Under the pieces are notes generated by a model. That model had not been told where the DNA came from. It searched no databases and saw only the letters and a list, made by a program, of their open reading frames with translations. Positions 47,292-56,600 of a stretch of DNA of 64,000 bases are shown here, in pieces. Each line of letters begins with the position of its first letter. Positions within the stretch are counted from its first letter, which is position 1. Source of the stretch: an uncultured Candidatus Saccharibacteria bacterium (lineage in GTDB: Bacteria; Patescibacteriota; Minisyncoccia; Phycocordibacterales; Zambryskibacteraceae); NCBI GenBank assembly GCA_964651655.1, contig CAZYVS010000001.1, positions 77,173 through 141,172 of the forward strand. Direction: 5' to 3'. A program made the position numbers and the translations under genes.

Positions 47292-49166
47292 TTAACGAGA
47301 CGAGCGAATCATCTTAAGAAAAACGTCTTGAGGAACATTGACCTTCCCTCGTTCTTTCATTTTTTTCTTGCCTTTCTTTTGTTTCTCACGAAGCTTCATT
47401 TTGCGAGTGACATCTCCACCATACATATGTTGAGTAACGTCTTTTTTCATACCGCTTAAAGTACGAGAAGCGACGATTCTACCCATAACTCTTGCTTGGA
47501 TTTTCAAAGTAAACATCTGTCTGGGCAATATAGTGGCCAGTTTCTCCACATCCGATTCGCATTCCGTTTCTATTTGTCGGCGCGAGATTACTTTGGCAAA
47601 TGCCGGAACCACCTCATCGGCTATCAAAATATCTAAACGAGTGACATTGGCTCGTCTTTCGCCAGAAATTGTGTAAGAGATGGAACCGAAACCCGACGTG
47701 ACACTTTTAAGTTTATCAAAAAATCCCCTCATCAATTCGCGCAGAGGCATTTCAAATGTCATAGATGTCCGATTCTCACCGAAGTCTTTTGTTTCCTTCA
47801 ATTCGGCCTCAAACTCATAGAGAAGCTGAATAACGGGACTGATAAATTCTGGAGGAATAATTATCGCGGCTCTCACCCATGGTTCCCAAACCGAATCTAT
47901 TAGATACTCTTCCGGAAAAAAGGAAGGGGTATAGATGTAACCTTCACGGCCGTTCTTGTATATGATTCTGTAAGTGATGCTGGGCAAGGTTATAACCAGA
48001 GATAAATTAAATTCGCGTCTCAATCTTTCGGTAATAATTTCCAAATGAAGCATGCCGAGAAAACCGGTGCGGAAACCTCGACCCAGTACTTTGGAAGATT
48101 CTTCTTCAAACGAAAAGGCGGAATCCGATAATCGTAATTTTGAAAGAGCCTGACGCAGAAGAAAGAAATCAGCCCCGCCTCGCGTCGATGAGCGACCGCG
48201 AGTCGAGGCGGGCTGACTTTCCGGATAGATAGAGGCCCAGACCACCGGCCGAGACTTTTCATAACCGGAGAGAGCTTCAGACGTATCGAGCAAAGAAGCC
48301 ACCGTATCTCCCACGGAAGCAATACCGGGTTCTTTGATACCGGTTACAATGTATCCGATTTCTCCGGAAGATATTTGGTCGGCTTCCGTCTCGTTCGGAG
48401 TCAGAAATCCCACTTCAAGCGCCTGAAACGATCGGCCGGCCGCTTTAAACTTTAATTTGTCGCCCCGATTTACGGAACCATTAAAAACACGGACAAAAAC
48501 AATCACCCCCCGATGGTTAGAGTATTTGAAATCAAAAACCAGAGATTTAAAGGTTAGACCTTGAGAATGGGTATTTAAGGTCTGACCTTGGTGCGGGGCT
48601 GGAATTCGTTTTACTATTTCCTCAAGAAGTTTCTCAACACCTTCGCCCGTTTTCCCGGACACCGGCAGGACGTCTTCCTGTTTAATCTTCAGTAGTCTGG
48701 ATATCTCATCCCGCGTCTCTTCTACGCGGGCTAAAGGAGAATCTATTTTAGAAACGACGGGAATAATTTTGAGCCCGGCGGATTGGGCCATTTCCAAAGT
48801 AGTTAGAGTTTGAGCTTGTACTCCTTGAGTAGCATCCACTAGAAGTATTGAACCCTCTACCGCACGAAGGGCTCTTGAGACTTCATAGGAGAAATCTATG
48901 TGACCGGGAGTATCAATCAAATTTAATATAAAGGTCGAACCTTGGGAATCAGTATTTAAGGTTCGACCTTGGGGAATGTACACCATCCTCACCGGTTGCA
49001 TTTTTATGGTAATGCCGCGTTCGCGTTCCAGTTCCATGGAATCAAGCACCTGTTCGCGCATTTCTCGCTTTTCAATCGTCCCGGTCAGTTCAAGCATTCG
49101 GTCTGCTAAAGTGGATTTGCCGTGATCAATATGGGCGATAATAGAAAAATTACGAATATTATCCAT
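47292..49166 (-). CDS. lepA: translation elongation factor 4 (LepA) carrying two 14-aa in-frame REP-encoded insertions
   Basis: AHIDHGKSTLADR, DTPGHIDF, NKID-equivalent SKID, plus the C-terminal LepA domain. 624 aa equals a typical ~596 aa plus 2x14. Insertions QGRTLNTDSQGSTF (G domain) and QGQTLNTHSQGLTF. Confidence 0.9.
   Translation of the reverse strand: MDNIRNFSIIAHIDHGKSTLADRMLELTGTIEKREMREQVLDSMELERERGITIKMQPVRMVYIPQGRTLNTDSQGSTFILNLIDTPGHIDFSYEVSRALRAVEGSILLVDATQGVQAQTLTTLEMAQSAGLKIIPVVSKIDSPLARVEETRDEISRLLKIKQEDVLPVSGKTGEGVEKLLEEIVKRIPAPHQGQTLNTHSQGLTFKSLVFDFKYSNHRGVIVFVRVFNGSVNRGDKLKFKAAGRSFQALEVGFLTPNETEADQISSGEIGYIVTGIKEPGIASVGDTVASLLDTSEALSGYEKSRPVVWASIYPESQPASTRGRSSTRGGADFFLLRQALSKLRLSDSAFSFEEESSKVLGRGFRTGFLGMLHLEIITERLRREFNLSLVITLPSITYRIIYKNGREGYIYTPSFFPEEYLIDSVWEPWVRAAIIIPPEFISPVIQLLYEFEAELKETKDFGENRTSMTFEMPLRELMRGFFDKLKSVTSGFGSISYTISGERRANVTRLDILIADEVVPAFAKVISRRQIETECESDVEKLATILPRQMFTLKIQARVMGRIVASRTLSGMKKDVTQHMYGGDVTRKMKLREKQKKGKKKMKERGKVNVPQDVFLKMIRSSR
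48550..48591. repeat. REP family 2 composite element (AAGGTTAGACCTT-GAGAATGGGTATTT-AAGGTCTGACCTT-GG), 42 nt, in-frame in lepA
   Basis: Read directly. Confidence 0.8.
48931..48972. repeat. REP family 2 composite element (AAGGTCGAACCTT-GGGAATCAGTATTT-AAGGTTCGACCTT-GG), 42 nt, in-frame in lepA
   Basis: Read directly. Same architecture and spacer length as the 48550 copy. Confidence 0.8.
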
Positions 49167-49193
49167 ACAAACTTATAGATGATAAGGGCAACT

Positions 49194-50870
49194 TTACACG
49201 ATTTCCGGGTCGGCGGCAATTACTTTTGTTTTCCAGAACTTGCCATGAACGACATCCCAAATTTCGGAAAATTCTTTGTTTTTCAGACTGATAAAGATTA
49301 CCATGCCCGCGCCAATCGCCAGAAAACCGGCCAGAAGACCTTGCAGGAAAATCCCCAAAAGCGAAGTGGTATCTAAAAAAACCGCAAAGATATTGAGTCC
49401 AACGTAAGCAACCGCGCCCATGATAATTGAAGTTCCTAGACATTCAAAAACAGTTCTGACGATACCGCGCGAAAAACCGGCAAATAATCTTTCAAACGCC
49501 AGCCAGTGAATCAAACCGTTTAGAATCGTGGCGATTGAGAAACCGAACGGCAGCATGAGAACAACCGTATCAGGCAGATCTTCCACCCTAAGAAGCGCGC
49601 CAATAAAAAAACGAAACTCTTCCGAAAAATAAAACACCTGGATCAAACCCCAGGCGCCCGCAAACAAAATCAGCGTTGACACAAGATTAATAAAAAACGG
49701 CGTTTTGGTAAAACCGGCGGAGTAGAACCCTCTGATGAACAAAAGCAATAAACATTGAAACATGGACGAGAAGGCAAAAAGCGCCAAACCGGCCGCGGTC
49801 AATCGGGTATCATCCCAGCCGAAGAGTCCGGAACCAAGGACCACTCTCACAATTTGCGCGCGCAAGACGATAAACAAGGCCGAGAGCGGCAACGACCAAA
49901 AAATAATAAACCGGGCGGTAACCATCATTTGTTTTTTGAAAGCCTCCAGATTATTCTCTTTAAAACGTCTGGAAAGAGTCGGAAAAACCGCCAGAGAATA
50001 TGAGACGCCGATAATAGAAAGCGGCACGGATTGAAGATTGAAAGAAAGAGAAAGAACCGAGATTGAACCGGCAGACATCAGAGACGCCAAGGAAACCAAA
50101 AAAATCATAGAGAGGGCGCTCATTGATAAGGTGAGCGTCCGAGGCATAGAAATTTTTACCACTCTGGCGATAAGGGCCAAGTTAAATCTGAAAGAAAATC
50201 TGGGAAAGAGACCTCGCTTGATTATAAACGGCGTCTGGATCAGAACATGCAAACTGGCTCCTATAATAACGCCGATAGCCACACCCATAACGCCCAGGCG
50301 CGTGGAAATAAAGATGATGCCGATAATAATGCCGGCATTGTATAAAAGCGGAGCAAGGGCATAGATAATAAATCGATTGTACGCTTGAACTAAAGAGCCG
50401 AGCAGATTTGAGAAACCTAAGATGATCGGCGAAAGAAGCAGAATCCGAGAGATGAAAACGACTTCGATCAGAGCCGTATCAGAAAAACCTTTGAATAATA
50501 TCTTAGAAACGGCGGGCATAAGAAAAAATGCCAAACCTGAAATCGCCACGATAATAATTGAAAAGAAAGAGAAGACACTATTGATAAAATTCCGCAACGC
50601 TTCCGGCCCGCGGCTCTCTTCTTCTATAATGAAAGGTATGAGAACCGAAAGAGAAACCACCGAGGCCACAGTTACAAAAATAAAATCCGGAATGCGAAAG
50701 GCGGCATAATAAATATCAAGCGCCGCTCCGGCGCCGAAGATGTGCGCTAAAAGTCTGTCTCGCAAGAAAGCCAAGACTTGAGACAAGAAGGCAAACAATC
50801 CCAGCAAAAGAGCGGCTTGATTTATGGTATTTGTCTCTCGATAGAGAAAACCTAAAATCTTCCGAACCAT
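49194..50870 (-). CDS. murJ: lipid II flippase MurJ (MviN)
   Basis: 558 aa with ~14 TM segments. N-terminus …LLLGLFAFLSQVLAFLRDRLLAHIFGAGAALDIYYAAFRIPDFIF, typical of MurJ. Confidence 0.8.
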   Translation of the reverse strand: MVRKILGFLYRETNTINQAALLLGLFAFLSQVLAFLRDRLLAHIFGAGAALDIYYAAFRIPDFIFVTVASVVSLSVLIPFIIEEESRGPEALRNFINSVFSFFSIIIVAISGLAFFLMPAVSKILFKGFSDTALIEVVFISRILLLSPIILGFSNLLGSLVQAYNRFIIYALAPLLYNAGIIIGIIFISTRLGVMGVAIGVIIGASLHVLIQTPFIIKRGLFPRFSFRFNLALIARVVKISMPRTLTLSMSALSMIFLVSLASLMSAGSISVLSLSFNLQSVPLSIIGVSYSLAVFPTLSRRFKENNLEAFKKQMMVTARFIIFWSLPLSALFIVLRAQIVRVVLGSGLFGWDDTRLTAAGLALFAFSSMFQCLLLLFIRGFYSAGFTKTPFFINLVSTLILFAGAWGLIQVFYFSEEFRFFIGALLRVEDLPDTVVLMLPFGFSIATILNGLIHWLAFERLFAGFSRGIVRTVFECLGTSIIMGAVAYVGLNIFAVFLDTTSLLGIFLQGLLAGFLAIGAGMVIFISLKNKEFSEIWDVVHGKFWKTKVIAADPEIV

Positions 50871-50876
50871 TTCAGA

Positions 50877-53195
50877 TTAAAGCGAATTTAATTGTTTACC
50901 TAACGCTTCCAACGCGGCGCGAACTTCTCCGCTATCCGGATTAGTCAACAAAAGCGCCTCAAATTGTGTTTGCGCTTCGTCTAATCGTCCGAGTTGAACA
51001 AGAGTCAAGCCCAAATAATATTTGGCATTGGCGTAATCGGGAGCGGAAGCTAGCGCGAGATTAAGGGCTTCCACGGCGCCGTGATAATCTTTGTTTGAGT
51101 GCTTCAGCAAACCCAATTCAAAATAGAGACCGGGATTATTGGGCATCAAAACGGCCAGTCTTTCGACAGAAGCAATGGCCCCGGCCGTGTTCCCCGCCTG
51201 GACCTCAAGTTGAGCCAGCAGAAAATAAGCGTTGGCATAATCTTCTTTAAGAACAATAGACTTTCTAATAAACGAGCGCGCCGTTTCTTTATCGCCACGG
51301 TTGAGTTCAAGCATGGCAAGTAAAAGCGGCAATTCCGGGTTGGCAGGGTTTCTCAAACGCGCTTCCGAATAAGCAAATTGGGCATTTTCATAAGCCCCTT
51401 CAACCGATAACGGCGGCGACACAAGCGCGCTGTAAATAACACCCAAAGCCACCCAGTTGTTATAACCAGCGGGATTGAGACTGACGGCCAGCTTGGCGGC
51501 GCTGATGCTGTTTCTTAAGGCCTTTTCAAAAATTGCCTTATTTTCCTCCCGGACGCCGGTGGTGGCGGAAGCGGCGGCTTGAGCTTGAGCAAAGTTGACG
51601 CGCGAAAGAGCGGCATAATATTTATCTACCGGAGAAAACTTAATGGCGCTGTCAAGTTTACTTTCTATTTCCGTAAGAGAAACATCGGCAGTATTGGAAA
51701 GATCAACCGCCTTTTTGAAATAGAAGGCCGAAACGGTTCTATTAAAACCTGCCCAACCAAGAAAAAGGGCGCCCAGCGTCACGACCACTATTAGGGTGGT
51801 TGAGACAAAACGAATTTGCGGAGTCTGATTAAGATTGATGACGCGAACGGAGACAATGCCGGTCTTTACGCCGATAGCCACAAAAATTCCAGTAAATAAA
51901 AAAGTAAGTATCAGTAAGGTTATGGATGGAGTATATAGAAAACTTGAGAACCATAACAGAACAGTTAGAAGAAGAGTGGCAATCAGGACAAAACGCTCAT
52001 CTCTGGATTCCGGCATATGACTTATTGACTTCACCGCCAAAAAGACCAGAAGAATGAGAAGCACTATCCACAACACCGAGCCAAGAAGACCGGTGGCGGC
52101 TATTTGCGTCGGTATAAATCCGATACCAAAAGGAAAGGCCGTAGCCCAAAAAGGAGTGGTGTTCACATCAACCGACTTATAAATCAACCAATCCCTCCCG
52201 AAAGTATTCGGGCCGGATCCCAGAAGTCCGTCTTGAGATAATACCGCTTTCGAAACGCCAAGAGTGGCGGATAAGGAGGGACGGACATCAATGTTTTGAA
52301 CCTTAAAAACGCCGGAGATGATGTCGCTCAACGTGCCTGGTTGAGTCAAGAAGGGAATAGTCGGGTTAATCAGATAAACAAGAGAAATAATACCGAGAAC
52401 AATCGGCAGAAAAGTCGGCTTAAGGAAAAAAGACGTTGGTGTCGACGAAGAAGTAACGACCGGGTTGAAGAAATGTATCTCTACCTTTGAAAAATAGAAA
52501 AACAGAAAAATAGAAACGATCAAAGTCAAAACGAAGGCGGTAAAAAAATTAACAATGACAAGAAGAACCGCTCCAAACACGAAAGCAACATAGCCAAGAA
52601 TCCTAAAGGAAAGTTTCATTGGAATCATTCCGAGCGCCAACATCACAATAGCGGACATTAACCCGAGCGAAACGGCTAAATCGGTCCAATTGCCTATCGG
52701 ATTGCCAGTTTTACCAAAGAAATTTCCCCAAACCAATAGGTCGGCGCTTAAAAGAATTTTGACGGTTACAAATAAGGTGATGATGGCCATAGAGATAAAA
52801 AGGACACCCAAGGCTTGGAGAATACGGGAAGTGTCTGAAAATATTATCGCCGTCAAAATTAAGATAATAAAACCGAGAAGCATAAAACCAAAAGTTCCCA
52901 CCTCAAAGTTATAACCCAATAACGCCAGCGAGGAAGGGGTACTCAAGACGGCAGATAACGCATAAACCAAAGGCAAAAGAACTACCGCAAAGATAAACGG
53001 GTGCCAGGGAATTTCCAATTTTCTCTCTTGCCACAGTTCATAGAGAAAGACCAAAACTGCCGCGATGGTCCCAAACACAAAGAGAGCCGATTTGGCCACC
53101 TCTAGAGCCAGGGCCCCTCCGGGAATAAAAAATATCGGCAGTAGAAATAGAAGCGTGAGGATGATAAGGAAACTGATTTTGTGAGTTTGTGACAT
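50877..53195 (-). CDS. O-antigen ligase (Wzy_C)-like polytopic membrane protein with C-terminal TPR repeats
   Basis: Many TM segments in the N-terminal 450 aa. C-terminal TPR-like repeats (…AYFLLAQLEVQAGNTAGAI…YFELGLLKHSNKDYHGAVEAL…AKYYLGLTLVQLGRLDEA). Confidence 0.6.
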   Translation of the reverse strand: MSQTHKISFLIILTLLFLLPIFFIPGGALALEVAKSALFVFGTIAAVLVFLYELWQERKLEIPWHPFIFAVVLLPLVYALSAVLSTPSSLALLGYNFEVGTFGFMLLGFIILILTAIIFSDTSRILQALGVLFISMAIITLFVTVKILLSADLLVWGNFFGKTGNPIGNWTDLAVSLGLMSAIVMLALGMIPMKLSFRILGYVAFVFGAVLLVIVNFFTAFVLTLIVSIFLFFYFSKVEIHFFNPVVTSSSTPTSFFLKPTFLPIVLGIISLVYLINPTIPFLTQPGTLSDIISGVFKVQNIDVRPSLSATLGVSKAVLSQDGLLGSGPNTFGRDWLIYKSVDVNTTPFWATAFPFGIGFIPTQIAATGLLGSVLWIVLLILLVFLAVKSISHMPESRDERFVLIATLLLTVLLWFSSFLYTPSITLLILTFLFTGIFVAIGVKTGIVSVRVINLNQTPQIRFVSTTLIVVVTLGALFLGWAGFNRTVSAFYFKKAVDLSNTADVSLTEIESKLDSAIKFSPVDKYYAALSRVNFAQAQAAASATTGVREENKAIFEKALRNSISAAKLAVSLNPAGYNNWVALGVIYSALVSPPLSVEGAYENAQFAYSEARLRNPANPELPLLLAMLELNRGDKETARSFIRKSIVLKEDYANAYFLLAQLEVQAGNTAGAIASVERLAVLMPNNPGLYFELGLLKHSNKDYHGAVEALNLALASAPDYANAKYYLGLTLVQLGRLDEAQTQFEALLLTNPDSGEVRAALEALGKQLNSL

Positions 53196-53253
53196 GGCAG
53201 ATACTTTTAAATCAACCCTTGTTAATATTTATATATTAACATATAATGAAGAA

Positions 53254-53572
53254 GGTGTCGGATAGTTGCCCCGATATTATGTCGGGGAGGAAAGTCCGAA
53301 CATTCGTTGTGAGATGTCGCACATGTGCAATTTCACAAAAGGGTAGCAGGTAACACCTGTCGGGAGTAATCCTAGAGATGCGAACAGTGACGAAGCCGGC
53401 TTGCCTCGCCTTGGCGGGGTGAATCCGGAGTGAAACGGCAAAATTCTTACCTGAATGCAAGGCCGTGTCCCGATTCACCATGTGTGAATCGTGGAAGTGC
53501 CGCTATAGGTTCTAAGCGATTAGAATCACAGATAAATAACTATCGACAACAGAATTCGGCTTATAGACACCC
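53254..53572 (+). ncRNA. rnpB: RNase P RNA (bacterial type, compact)
   Basis: GAGGAAAGTCCGAAC (P4 5' strand), GGGTAGCAGGTAACACCTG, GAGTGAAACGGC, ACAGAATTCGGCTTA (P4 3' strand). P1 pairing GGTGTC/GACACC. Own promoter TTGTTA-N17-TATAAT at ~53217-53246. Ends are approximate (+/-5 nt). Confidence 0.8.
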
Positions 53573-53573
53573 A

Positions 53574-53608
53574 ACCCCGCCCCGACATATGTCGGGGCGG
53601 GGTTGTTT
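53574..53608 (+). terminator. intrinsic terminator (CCCCGCCCCGACAT/ATGTCGGGGCGGGG + TTGTTTTT) of rnpB
   Basis: Perfect palindrome followed by a T-run, read directly. Confidence 0.7.
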
Positions 53609-53628
53609 TTACGCAAAATTTGCATTAT

Positions 53629-56600
53629 CTACCTTGCTAGCTCCAAATATTTATCCCTCGATAAAGACCCGAAATATCCAACCGAGGGAACGACATTATT
53701 AGATCGTTGCCACCTTGAGAGAGCGTTTCTAGTCGCCGGGCCAAAATAATTACTCTCGTTACCAAAAGAACCCGGACCAGAAAGAGAGACGGTAAAACCA
53801 CCGGCGTTCAAATATTTTTGTAAGCACCTGACGTCTTCTCCCACAGAACCAAGCGTCAAGTTTCTATTAAATGAACATGTGGACAACAATATTGGGGGTT
53901 GTCCTTGGCTGATTAGCGCGTTATTTATTAGGATTCGCAATTCAGCAATTTTGGCCGAGAGTATAACAATCTTTTGGTCTGTAGTTAAAGAATTGAAATT
54001 AGATGGCAGAAGTCCGACGGAAGTTGTAACAGAACTGGCGGATGAAGAACCACTACTACTACGACTACCACCCCCGCCCCCTCCACCACCACCTGAAGAT
54101 TGAGCTTGGGATATCGGCGTGGGAGTAGAAGTGGGTGCGGAAGTTGAAGATGAAGCCGGGGCGGTAAAGCTGACCGTTGCCGGGTCAGAGTAATTATTCT
54201 GATCATCTACAACGAACAAGGAATAGTAGTAGACAGTGCCAGGAGTAACATCCTTGTCTGTGTAAGTGTTACCAGTCGTAGTGGCTATTTGTGATAGAGA
54301 GTCATAGGAAGTAATAAAACCTGTAATGGAGCGCAGAATGGCGACACCGACATAACCGGGGAAACTTACTTGGGGCCAGGTTAAGATAATAGAACCGGGA
54401 GTAACAGTGATGGATGAGATGGCGGGAGGTTTGGGTCTGACTTCAAAGATTAGGTTGGCTGAAGTGCCAGTTACGCTAGAAGCAGCCGATGCCGCTCTTA
54501 GATTATATGGACCTGGAGTAAGTCCTGATAAGGTGACGCTATGAACAGTAGTTAAGGTGGAATTCGTCGGTGATGATCGACCATAAGCAGACGTGGCGCC
54601 ATAATCAACCCAGGTAGTGGCTGGTACATTGGTGGACCAGGTGACAGTAGCCGTGCCTTGACTGATAGAGACTTTGGGACCAGAAATTATCGGAGCAGAT
54701 GGAGAAGAAGTAGGAGTTGCTTGCGGTGAGCTTGTCGAATCCGGAGTTGGAGTTGGAGTCGGCGTGGGGGTAGGAATTGAGGTAACTGATCCCAAAGGAA
54801 CAAGCTCAATTTTATCAGCAATAAGCGTGCCTGTGTTTTGGTAGTTGCTATTGATATTGACAATGGAATAAGCTCCGGCAGAAGAAGAGGTGAATGTGAA
54901 GTTGGTTGTTGCCGAGCCGAAAGCCGGAATAGTGACGGATGACATCGGATACCATGTTCCTGCCGCTCCGGAGGAAATTCTGTCCGGGTCGGTAAAGCTG
55001 ATATTGGGGGTGAAAGTGATGGAAGAGGAAGTATTGTTGTACCAGGTTGCCATTATCTTTTCTCCCGAAGAAAATGTTCTTGTTGAACCGGTTACTCCCT
55101 GATAGTTGTAAGTCCAGTTGTCGCCTACTACTATAGCTGTCCCTCCGGGACCGATAGCTCGGTAATCAGTGTAGATGTCTTTGATAGGCGTTGACCAGCC
55201 GCTTAAGCCAAAAATATTTTGCGCGCTAGTCGAGCCGAAGTTAATAAGAGTAATTATCCCGCCAGAAACTGGAGTTGGCGTAGGCGTTGGGGTTGGTGTT
55301 GGAATTGGCGTAGGAATCGGTGTTGGGGTAGGAGTTGGTCCGCCAGCTGGCGGAGGAGTTGGAGCAGAAGATAGCGCAGTTCCGCTTGGGTCCGCAATCG
55401 GATTTCTTGAAATAATCAAATCATCGTACCAAGTGTAAGCGGTCGGGTGGACTTGGGAGCTGTCTTTGCCGGTATGATATGGAAGCAACCATATTTTCCC
55501 ATAGCGCATATCTTCAGCGGCAGACCCCGCAGAAAGAGCATACGGCCCCCAGTTAAACACTTGCACCGGGGGCTGTCCTTCGCGCGACACCCATAAATCC
55601 ACATGACTATCCCTCCATTCATCATTGACTCTAGGCCCGGTATGAATATGGGCCTGAAAAGTCATCCACTCACCGGCAAAATATTTAAAACAATTGCCCG
55701 GAGGATTGGTTTGGGCCGCGCCTAACTTCCAATTTTGGGAGTACAGGCAATATGGCGACGGCATGGCATTTTGCAACTTGAAATCGTAACTGCCAAAAAG
55801 CTCCTGAAAAGGATCGTATGCTCCATGCGAAGCTGAACCGGTGCAGGAGTTATACATGGCCGGGAAACCGCGCAAATTAATATTCTGCACTACGGTTTCT
55901 AAGGCCGTACATGAAGAATAGAGCGCACCGGGCTTATCGCCGGCGCTAATAATTAGCTGTTTCCAGCCAGCGGCAGGCAAATAGTTTGTAGAAATAAATT
56001 CCGGCGAGAATTTCTGCCTCCATTGCACATAAAAATCCGAGTTTTCTCCAAACCGAATGGAAAGATCGGGTGAAAAATTCGCAAACCACTGGCCGGAAGC
56101 ACCCGAACCTGATTGCGATGGAATGATAAATTTCATTGAGCCTCCGCCGTCCGCAGAAGTTGTCAAATCAATCGTCGGGGTAAGTCCGCCTGAAGTGTTA
56201 TTAAACGCGCCGACGTTTGCTCCGTAAGCATTGGATCCAACAACTCCGAGATCAGCGCTTGAGTCAAAACTAAAACATCTGATAACGCCGGCGGCACTAC
56301 AGCGGGCTTGGAAATCAGAAGATCCTAAAATTGGAGTAGGTGTTGGAGTGGGGGATGGCGTGGGCGTTGGTGTTGGTGTTGGAGAAGGAGTTGGTGTAGG
56401 TGTAGGAGTTGGCGTAATAACTGTTCCCGAACTCGCTGAATGTTTGTATAGATAGACTCTCCCTCCGGATGAACTACCCGCCTGGACAAACATGATAACG
56501 CCGTAATTTGAAATTGGAACAGCTATGGTTTCGGTCACGCCTCCCTCCGGTCCCGGAAAAATAGGACTTGTTCTGTTAATGGTAGACCAAACGTTTGTAG

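Noticed and set aside
48550-48972. Intein in LepA as an explanation of the extra length
   Set aside because: The insertions are only 14 aa each, lack intein blocks (C/S…HN), and coincide exactly with palindromic DNA repeats.
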